Assembly (NCBI GenBank): GCA_043814765.1
Contig: JBDRJQ010000017.1
Coordinates: 1-13,791, forward strand
From: Nanobdellota archaeon
GTDB lineage: Archaea > Aenigmatarchaeota > Aenigmatarchaeia > QMZP01
DNA length: 13,791 bases
Reading direction: 5' to 3'
Shown here: positions 7,601-13,727 of the stretch, piece after piece
How positions within the stretch are numbered: the first letter of the stretch is position 1
Layout of the letters: each line of letters opens with the position of its first letter
The notes under the pieces: generated by a model
What the model was told of the DNA's origin: nothing
The model's input: only the letters and a program-made list of their open reading frames with translations
The model's database searches: none
Translations under genes and position numbers: made by a program

Positions 7601-9653
7601 TTATTGAATTTTTATCAGTTAATTTGTCCAATTTCTCTTTTTTCCTTGACATGGAAAAATTTATTTTCTCTTTAAACAGTTTTACATCAGAACCTGAAAT
7701 TGCTAATCTATGATATTCCCTTAATTTTGGTTTAGGAGAATTGGTGGCCTTTTTTAGCATACTGTGAATTTGAGAGTTTATCCCAAATCTCAGCAAAAGA
7801 ACCTGTATTTGATCCAAAAGCTCTCTGCTGGCACTAGCCAATTCTATACCTCTATCTTCAACATTTGCTTCGCAGTCAAAGTACACTCGGAGGAAGGATT
7901 TAATTTCGTCATCGCTTGTTCTCATTATAATATCTGGAATCTTCTTGTATCTTGATTTCTTTAATAATGCCGGTTCTAACTGCTTTAAAAAACGCCCCAG
8001 CTCTATAGAAGAGATGTAGTAATCGAAGGCTCTTTTGCCTTTATGAGGTTTCCTCTTATGAACAGGTAAATTGAATATCCTAGCACAATCCTCATATTCT
8101 CTCAGTGATAGAGGATCGTTGTTTGTAAACCATATTAAGCATGTTGAATCGCTTCTCTGCACACACCCTTCTGCTATAAGATAGGCGAGGAATTTGCACA
8201 ATTCCTTGGATGTCTTTTCAGGAATTTTCATATGTTTCGCGTTGTTTGCCTTTGATTTTTCTATTTCCACGTTTATTTCCTGCGTTTTGCCCTTTGTTGG
8301 TATTTTGCTAGGAGATGCTATGAAATCGTTTTTATTCAATTCGCTTGCCTTCTTTGACATTATATAACCATCTGAACAGGTGAAAAACGGGTGGGTTGGT
8401 GTGACAGTGATTTTTTTACCAGAAAAAGTTTCAACACTGTATAGATATTTTGGGCTTTTTCTTTTCCAGAATATGTTAGCCTTAGTTTCCTGTGCTTTTC
8501 CATCAAGTGACATGCTTATTAGATCATCGTTACCGTTAGCATAAAAACCGTCGTCTATTGCTTTTATATTATCTTTTAATTTATTTTCCACAATATTCTT
8601 TATGGGTCTAAGTTCTCCGTTCTTAAGAACCACTTTTGTGTCTCCTGTGACACATTTACCAGAAGCAGGATCTCCTATCAAAAGAATATGTATGTCACCC
8701 CTGATATGCGTGCCATCTTTAAGATGTTGCGGAACTCCGCCAAACAATTGTAGTATTATGGATTCTTTTATCTCTCTCATGCCGTACAATGACGGAGCGA
8801 GTGAATCCACAAGGGTTTCATAAATGCCAGGATCTTTAGCCATTTCTTTTATTCTCTCTTTATCGCTTTCTGATATGTCAATATGATGCCAGCCTATTTC
8901 CAATGGCTCTACATGATTGCCATCTATAAAGAATTCCAGCTTAGTTGAATAGCTTTTTCCTTTTGGCGTCTCTCTTAGTATGCCTGATATTTTGAGTCTG
9001 TTGCCTGGGTCTGTTATTCTTCTCATTTCTGGTGAAACAAGATCATCAATTAGAACGATTGTAACCTGAGAAGGCCTGTCACCCTCTGTCAGTTCAAACG
9101 GTTCCTCGATGGTTATCCATCTCGTGTCAACCATTTTTTTGCCTGTCTGCTTGAAGGCTTTTCTGCTTCTGCAGGTATCATTGGTGCACTGGAATGGCCT
9201 CATTATTATGCTGGCCCTTATGGGCTGAATTATCTCTTCGCCGCACTCTGAGCACTCCCAAAAGCTCTCAGTAATCTCTGGTCTTATCTCAGAAGCACGC
9301 CTTACAGTGCCCTCAACAGATATTAATTTTGATAAGTGCCTTGATCTCAAATTTCTTATAGAAGTTAATTCTGGCAAATTATAGAAACGGACATTAAATG
9401 GATTTGGCAGATCTATGTCCTTTACAGCCTCGTTTATTATCTCAAAAACGTTATCAGGCTCTATTAACAGTAAATCTGCTATCTCTGAATTGTACTTGTG
9501 AAGTGTGCTGTAATCAACGTCCAGAGCCTTGTTCTCCATAGAAGCAGAAGTCATCTCGGTCTCGTAGTTCTCATGCAGAAACTCCTTAATCTTGGCTATG
9601 AATTCTATCCTTTTCTTCTCAGATATTTCGATAGCTAATTTTACAGAAGTCAT
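4659..9653 (-). CDS. mcm: MCM replicative helicase precursor with two inteins (spliced product 675 aa)
   Basis: N-terminal Zn finger (CSEC...CTNDTC), LAPSLYG, QLFGG, RGDIHILLIGDPASGK|S Walker A, LEAGALVLANKG..IDEFEKM Walker B, HEALEQGTISIAKA, LLSRFD Arg finger, ITLRQFEALVRLSEA, C-terminal winged helix. Confidence 0.98.
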   Translation of the reverse strand: MTSVKLAIEISEKKRIEFIAKIKEFLHENYETEMTSASMENKALDVDYSTLHKYNSEIADLLLIEPDNVFEIINEAVKDIDLPNPFNVRFYNLPELTSIRNLRSRHLSKLISVEGTVRRASEIRPEITESFWECSECGEEIIQPIRASIIMRPFQCTNDTCRSRKAFKQTGKKMVDTRWITIEEPFELTEGDRPSQVTIVLIDDLVSPEMRRITDPGNRLKISGILRETPKGKSYSTKLEFFIDGNHVEPLEIGWHHIDISESDKERIKEMAKDPGIYETLVDSLAPSLYGMREIKESIILQLFGGVPQHLKDGTHIRGDIHILLIGDPASGKCVTGDTKVVLKNGELRPIKNIVENKLKDNIKAIDDGFYANGNDDLISMSLDGKAQETKANIFWKRKSPKYLYSVETFSGKKITVTPTHPFFTCSDGYIMSKKASELNKNDFIASPSKIPTKGKTQEINVEIEKSKANNAKHMKIPEKTSKELCKFLAYLIAEGCVQRSDSTCLIWFTNNDPLSLREYEDCARIFNLPVHKRKPHKGKRAFDYYISSIELGRFLKQLEPALLKKSRYKKIPDIIMRTSDDEIKSFLRVYFDCEANVEDRGIELASASRELLDQIQVLLLRFGINSQIHSMLKKATNSPKPKLREYHRLAISGSDVKLFKEKINFSMSRKKEKLDKLTDKNSITDVVPNLSKALFGIRKGLRLTQFGMGVPRSTYQHFERGDRNPTRKPMKLILDIFKKRLEYLDNLEKRVQNASIAELKNIRNELGISQDSLSKKAGFSQTLLSQYESGRCGKSRIKPKRKSVENTTKRIKHALTDTCSSVRKDNELKTKIESLHKLSNSDIFWDRIKRIKKIQSKEKWVYDLQVPFVHNFIANQIFVHNSQLLKLVPEIVPRARYVSGKGVTGAGLCMSYDTLIPLAHGEIKYIGDIVESVLKKNKEKTKEGWVSSNCDLEINMLDFKDLKIKKRKVSKVFKLKSKDKLIKIKTRTGKEIKLTKENPVLVIRNGELTWVKANAMKTGDYIATAKKIPINHEPTFMDNKTSRLMGMVAGDGDVGQREIRFHNTNEYYLNEFSNLSYKLGFNPRKYYQKNRIPCVRVASKSLCDKLDSVGIPRGIKCDKIRIPEEILKSNKLLSEFISGIFNCDGGVVLKGNGSYIEFTTTSKRMAIELQTALLRFSVLSKIREREPSKKGFGGKKKKYCILIRGADNLEKFREHINFTGSKKEKLDKILSKNLKPNTNIDVIPGVGERLNEVRKSLKIGIKNNEDLYYLRQYEYGNRNFSPESLLRFVSLLKKEKKHEYFDFLGKLAASDIFWDKIVSTDTIKEEWVYDLTVEGEHNFIANNFIVHNTATVTKDEQFMGGWVLEAGALVLANKGVLSIDEFEKMSPDDMIAMHEALEQGTISIAKASIVATLPAKTSVLAGGNPKFSRFDPYMAISKQITLPDSLLSRFDLKFALRDLPDTTTDKLIVDHILNAREADYTKSLPKIEQALVRKYIAYARGNCSPVLTKEAGKILKTFYLKTRKKAEGGSAPIPITLRQFEALVRLSEASAKIQLSETVRKSDAERAIKLVKFSLRQLGFDPETGMIDIDRAEGASTSSSERGKIKIVMDIINEMSEKKKEISLSDLTSRARSQEVEGVEEIIEKLKREGMLFEPNPGFVQKV
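5607..6926 (-). mobile_element. Intein 2 in MCM (GAGL|T site), 440 aa, with LAGLIDADG homing endonuclease
   Basis: Starts CMSYDT (aa 910); block B IKLTKENPV; LMGMVAGDG and FISGIFNCDG; ends WVYDLTVEGEHNFIANNFIVHN followed by Thr. Confidence 0.95.
7008..8654 (-). mobile_element. Intein 1 in MCM (Walker A site, GK|S), 549 aa, with LAGLIDADG homing endonuclease and two Xre-HTH inserts
   Basis: Starts CVTGDT (aa 334); block B ITVTPTHPF; LAGLIDADG-like FLAYLIAEG and FLRVYFDCEA; ends WVYDLQVPFVHNFIANQIFVHN followed by Ser. Confidence 0.95.
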
Positions 9654-9744
9654 ATCATTTTCTTGTAACTAAGCTTTAAAATATGGTCTGTTCCGAGAAA
9701 TTGACGGTTAACAGTTTTATTTGATCGTTGACAATAATTAAACA

Positions 9745-10050
9745 ATGGCTGATAAAAAACTGGTTGATTACATCGAGAAGCAAATGAAAAAGGGGCGCAC
9801 AAGGAACGAGATAGGAAGAACTCTGGTTAAGCATGGATGGAAGAGAGAAGATGTTGTCGAAGGCCTGAATGAAGCTGAGGGCAAAAAGCATTCAGATTTC
9901 ATGAAATACCTTCCTAAAAAGAAGGTAAGAAGGAGGTCTCTAAGGGATGAGTACATGAGATTCAGATTCAAAAAGAAGCACAAACAAAAACCAAAGGGCA
10001 TTATTGATCATATTAAAGCTGTTTTTTCAAAGAAACCATCAGCCAAATAA
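9745..10050 (+). CDS. Small basic hypothetical protein with an N-terminal three-helix motif (LxDYI...G...EI...LxxxGW...V.E)
   Basis: 101 aa, divergent from mcm, with a very K/R-rich C-half. Its 3' end overlaps the convergent gene by 12 nt. Confidence 0.7.
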   Translation: MADKKLVDYIEKQMKKGRTRNEIGRTLVKHGWKREDVVEGLNEAEGKKHSDFMKYLPKKKVRRRSLRDEYMRFRFKKKHKQKPKGIIDHIKAVFSKKPSAK

Positions 10051-11913
10051 ACCAGCTATGCTATTTGACAGGTATTCAAATAACTCCATTATCATAGCAA
10101 AGAAATCTCTTACCGGGTTTATTGGAACCTGCTTTTCTATGTTAATTTTTTCGTAAACAACATTATCCTTAACTATGATAGCGAATAACTGATCGTCACC
10201 GGTGCATGTTTCATTGACACTGCTGTTCATAACAATATGTTTTGTCTCGCCTTCTTCAACAGTAACAACAAACAGTTTCACTTCTTTTAGTTCTTCAGTG
10301 GCCAAATTCTCTATTTTTAGTATTTTTGTAGCGCCCATGTTCTCAATATCAAAACTAATTTCAAATTGATCCCCGCAATCCAAACCCTGTGCTGGCTTCT
10401 CTATATTTTTTATCACAAAACCTAAAACTCTTTTTACATCAAAATCCTTTTTAACAACCTCGCCTGTATCTGTTGCTGCAATCAGATAATGGTTTCCTGT
10501 GACTTCTGCCAGAATTTCATTTTCTGTAAACTTTAAATCAGAATAGAGTCTGTAATTGCCATCACTACTTACAGTATAGTCAATTGTTCCTCCTTTCAAT
10601 ATTGAGGGGCTGTCCAAAACCAGATCCAGGTAAGAGTAGTCCTTTTCTGTGGGTGATACTGTTAAATTAACAGTTACTTTATCACCTAAAAAAGTGTATA
10701 TGTCTGCAAGGTTGAAATACTTAAGACTTTCATCCAGATCAGAGCGGGCTTTGATAACAAAATGCGTCTTTTCTTCCTCGCCAGGGCAGACTGCTATAAC
10801 CCTTTCTCCTTTAACATCCACTATGGCTCTTTTATTGCTGTCCACTCTGGGAACAATACCGACACTGGTAGCAACACATCCTTGATCTGCTTTAACTCTT
10901 GTTTTTATTTCAACAACAGCAGAATCGCCAAATCCTATTTCCTCAGGAAACAGCTCATAGGATGTTGTGAATATTTTTTTAATTTCAGTGTACTGGTTAT
11001 TGTTCAATCTAACAGAAGGCATCTCCATTGTTATGGTGGTGGATTCGTATGTCCTGTAGTTTGATGTCATGACAACATCATCCGAATCTAGAAATCTGCC
11101 AAGCGCTATATGAGTTGCATCAATCCAACCAATTTCGTCCCATGTCGGATCAACAGGAACCCATTCATCCAGGTATACTTCCGCCCATCCATGATATCCC
11201 CAGCCACCCTTGCTGTAAACAACTCCAGCAACATAGCGTGCTGGTATGCCAACAGATCGGGCCATTGCAACAAAAAGCGTAGCAAACTCATCGCAGGTTC
11301 CTATTCTGTTTCTGTAAACCCATTCAGAGTCCTTTGCAACTTCGCTCAGGCCTATATCATAAATAATATTTGCGTATATCCAATGAGATAGTTTTGTAAC
11401 AACTTCAAAAGAGTTCTCAGAATCCTCTACTATTTCATTTGCCTTTATGCGTATATCATCTGTTATCTTAGTGTTATTGCCTTCTGAAAGATATTTCAAA
11501 AGAAAACCGAAATTAGCTGGAAGCTTGTATGGGTAAGTAATTTTTTTAGCGCCAGTTAATTCCGCATTGCTAATCACGTGCATCTTAACAGTGTACGTAT
11601 CTGATTCAAATTCATCCCACATAAGAACTAATTTTTTGTTCCCGTATTCGTCTGTTATAATAGAGTAATCAGTTGATACCTGAAGGCCAGTGTATTCTTC
11701 AGGTAAAATATAAAGCGTGTGATTATGATCCTCAATCTTGGTGCTCGCAAATATATCTGCTGTAAATGTTATGTCAGTTTCCAATCTTCCTACGCTCTGC
11801 GGATTGATTTCATTACCAAATTGAATATAGTTCTGCGCATTAGCCAGAGTCGGTAAAATAGACAGAACTAGAATTATCATTATCAATGTATTTTTCTTCT
11901 CCATGGAAACCAT
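10039..11913 (-). CDS. Secreted/surface transglutaminase-like (TGc) protein with C-terminal beta-sandwich domains
   Basis: Signal peptide (...ILVLSILPTLANA). Catalytic triad motifs GTCDEFATLFVAMARSVGIPARYV, YHGWAEVY and WVPVDPTW. Amphipathic C-terminal helix. The start may be 11904. Confidence 0.9.
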   Translation of the reverse strand: MVSMEKKNTLIMIILVLSILPTLANAQNYIQFGNEINPQSVGRLETDITFTADIFASTKIEDHNHTLYILPEEYTGLQVSTDYSIITDEYGNKKLVLMWDEFESDTYTVKMHVISNAELTGAKKITYPYKLPANFGFLLKYLSEGNNTKITDDIRIKANEIVEDSENSFEVVTKLSHWIYANIIYDIGLSEVAKDSEWVYRNRIGTCDEFATLFVAMARSVGIPARYVAGVVYSKGGWGYHGWAEVYLDEWVPVDPTWDEIGWIDATHIALGRFLDSDDVVMTSNYRTYESTTITMEMPSVRLNNNQYTEIKKIFTTSYELFPEEIGFGDSAVVEIKTRVKADQGCVATSVGIVPRVDSNKRAIVDVKGERVIAVCPGEEEKTHFVIKARSDLDESLKYFNLADIYTFLGDKVTVNLTVSPTEKDYSYLDLVLDSPSILKGGTIDYTVSSDGNYRLYSDLKFTENEILAEVTGNHYLIAATDTGEVVKKDFDVKRVLGFVIKNIEKPAQGLDCGDQFEISFDIENMGATKILKIENLATEELKEVKLFVVTVEEGETKHIVMNSSVNETCTGDDQLFAIIVKDNVVYEKINIEKQVPINPVRDFFAMIMELFEYLSNSIAGLFG

Positions 11914-11916
11914 GAA

Positions 11917-11988
11917 TTAACAACAACCGCACTTCTTATTGATTTTCTTTTCTGTTGTTTTTTTTACTGCTTTCTTTTTAGTAGCCAT
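11917..11988 (-). CDS. Unannotated 23-aa polybasic peptide MATKKKAVKKTTEKKINKKCGCC
   Basis: Fills the gap between two co-oriented genes. An in-frame ATG at 11994 overlaps the upstream TGA (TGATG). The stop lies 3 nt before the next start. Composition is strongly non-random. Confidence 0.65.
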   Translation of the reverse strand: MATKKKAVKKTTEKKINKKCGCC

Positions 11989-11993
11989 AATCA

Positions 11994-12452
11994 TCACGTC
12001 TTGCAGGGTCCCTCATCTGTGCATCCACAATCAAGCCCGCAATCTTCTGCGCTGTCATTCAGACAAGTAATGCCATCACATGTATTGTCAGTGCAACCGT
12101 ATAGTCCGCCAGTAATTGTGCAACTTGCTGGATCGTCTGGAGTGCATGTTCCATAAACTATAAGATTGTATGCAGTGAATGTTGTCAGAGCCAAACTAGC
12201 AAACAGTATAATAGTGAATACCCAAGAAATGGCCTCAAAATGGCTGTTAACAACTTTGGCTAAACCCGCGCTTCTGTTCATTAATTTTCCTGTAATTTTT
12301 GCCTTAACCTGCTGGTTAAATGTGCTTTTACACGGCCTCAACGTAAGTCTTCTGCCTACGCAAGAGAAGGCTTCTTTTGCCCATCTCCTGTATTTTGCTG
12401 AGAACAAACCCATTATTCCCAATACAACCGCAGCCGCAATGCAAATGCTCAT
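11994..12452 (-). CDS. Two-TM membrane protein with Cys-rich acidic C-terminal tail
   Basis: MSICIAAAVVLGIMGLFSAKYR..AKEAFSCV.RRLTLRPC; second TM AISWVFTIILFASLALTTF; 9 Cys in the last ~50 aa. Confidence 0.8.
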   Translation of the reverse strand: MSICIAAAVVLGIMGLFSAKYRRWAKEAFSCVGRRLTLRPCKSTFNQQVKAKITGKLMNRSAGLAKVVNSHFEAISWVFTIILFASLALTTFTAYNLIVYGTCTPDDPASCTITGGLYGCTDNTCDGITCLNDSAEDCGLDCGCTDEGPCKT

Positions 12453-12469
12453 AATAATCCTTTTTGAAT

Positions 12470-12492
12470 CAAACCTTTTTTAAAAAGGTTTG
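12470..12492. promoter_or_regulatory. Perfect 11-bp inverted repeat CAAACCTTTTT-T-AAAAAGGTTTG
   Basis: Directly visible; lies 18-40 nt upstream of the start at 12452. Confidence 0.6.
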
Positions 12493-12552
12493 TCATAATA
12501 ACCATATTTAGAGTTACTTATTAAAAAATGTCGTATTTTTAAGGTTCTAGCC

Positions 12553-12976
12553 CTACTCCACAATCTCAACAGTGTTCATAACAACAGGCGTTACTGGCCT
12601 GTCCATTGCATCAGTTTGGGTCTTTCCAATCTTCTCAATTACATCCATGATGGAATTCGTCGTCTATAGTGTATCCTGGTCCGCCCATGCCAGTGCCCTG
12701 CGGATCTCCGCCCTGAATCATGAAATCATCAATAACTCTGTGAAAAATAACACCGTTATAAAATCCATCTTTAACCAGCTTCAAAAAATTTTCTGAAGTA
12801 TTTGGGACCTTGTCTTCAAATATTTCTACCTTGAAATCTCCCATGCTTGTGCTGAACTTTACTATTGAATTTGACATTTTGCTTTCCTCCTTTATGAAAT
12901 TTCCAGTAATGGATACTGAAACAACTGAAACAATGACCATTATTATAATCAGACCCAGCAATTTCTTTTTGGCCAT
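12553..12976 (-). pseudogene. Membrane-anchored cyclophilin-type PPIase with an internal out-of-frame deletion
   Basis: From the ATG at 12976: TM anchor, then [25 protein letters not shown]...[38 protein letters not shown]. After one extra base (12649), a different frame encodes the normal C-terminus [31 protein letters not shown] (12648-12553). The intervening SMANxGP...SQFFI...LD..HTVFG block is absent. Confidence 0.88.
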
Positions 12977-13392
12977 ATTATCAGTTAGCGTATGATTATT
13001 TAAATGTTTATATACCTCTTTTAGTTGACAGATATAACACAAGTCGCTTTTTTTACGTGAGAAGAATTAGAGACTTGTGGCCGCTGCTCAAAAAGAGCAC
13101 GAGTACCAAATTTATGTAAATATGCGGGCTCCTTTTTTCATTGCGCAACCGCATAAGTCTGTTCTCTGCGCAACTTTTGTTACCTTTGCTTTACCAATTA
13201 TTGCGATGGACAGTAGTTTTTATCACATCCTTTTTCCATGGTGTCCTAAGTTCTCCGACCAAAGAACTTTCAGTATGTACAGATGTTCATTCGCACCTCC
13301 TTTATGAATCACAGTTTGCCTTGATATATTGATGAGTCGACTAACTCCCAATTCAATACAGCAACATGATATCAATGTGATGTGTTAAATCA

Positions 13393-13461
13393 GAATGGGC
13401 CCAGCGAACATCACTGGATTGACATAAAATGCCGTACATTCACAGAATGTAAAGCCCATTC
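13393..13461 (-). ncRNA. Candidate 69-nt four-way-junction (tRNA-shaped) structured RNA
   Basis: Minus strand: GAAUGGGC-UU-[UACAUUC UGU GAAUGUA]-C-[GGCAU UUU AUGUC]-AAU-[CCAGUGA UGU UCGCUGG]-GCCCAUUC. The G-U wobbles work only on the minus strand. Confidence 0.5.
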
Positions 13462-13478
13462 ATTTAGTTGTTGGCGGG

Positions 13479-13727
13479 TTATTTGCCGCCGCCTGATGGG
13501 GTAGTTGAGCCGTCTGAATGAACGTCTCTTGAGTCGTGGCTGAAAGCTGAACTTCGCTCAGCCCTCATGGAACCGTTATCGTTTATTCCAGTGACGCTGT
13601 AATCCTGTCCACTGATTGTGACATGATTACCGTCCCAACCACTACTTCTGACTTCCACTCTACCGGAATTATCGGTATTAGCTCTCGGGGAGTCGCTGTC
13701 ACCGCTTATTGGAGTTGAATCTGTCAT
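13479..13727 (-). CDS. Orphan S/G/D-rich small protein (82 aa)
   Basis: Strong SD AGGAGGT (13737-13743) before the ATG. A GC hairpin GGCGG/CCGCC spans the stop. No Leu or Cys. Confidence 0.7.
   Translation of the reverse strand: MTDSTPISGDSDSPRANTDNSGRVEVRSSGWDGNHVTISGQDYSVTGINDNGSMRAERSSAFSHDSRDVHSDGSTTPSGGGK

Noticed and set aside
4816..8823. Multiple short plus-strand ORFs within mcm; likewise 2354..2773(-), 3452..3661(-), 3930..4427(+), 9676..10001(-) and 10649..12995(+)
   Set aside because: They lie antisense to, or out of frame within, well-supported genes and show no motifs.
9684..9712. Origin recognition box (GTTCCGAGAAAT) upstream of mcm
   Set aside because: Poor match to the TCCAxTGGAAA ORB core, single copy, no G-string, and no cdc6/orc1 or DUE-sized spacer nearby.
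1165..12635. Genome-wide UGA reassignment
   Set aside because: Several genes (ending at 1165, 1612, 2910, 10039, 11994) end naturally at TGA, and long genes have no in-frame TGA. The cyclophilin TGA is explained by a frameshifting deletion.
12977..13042. N-terminal extension MCYICQLK... of the cyclophilin ORF
   Set aside because: It runs through a TATA-like region (TTTAAATA about 21 nt before the ATG at 12976), and MAKKKLLG... is a natural signal-anchor start.
13077..13332. Plus-strand ORFs 13077..13307 and 13141..13332
   Set aside because: GTG/TTG starts without an SD and no recognisable motifs. The SD and most G-U-containing stems favour the minus strand.
13393..13461. Bona fide tRNA (e.g. 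Lys-UUU, suggested by GGGC...TTTTA...GTTCG...GGGCCC)
   Set aside because: No D-loop GG, GTTCG is not placed in a canonical T-loop, the anticodon arm is too short and there is no CCA. Kept only as a tRNA-shaped candidate.
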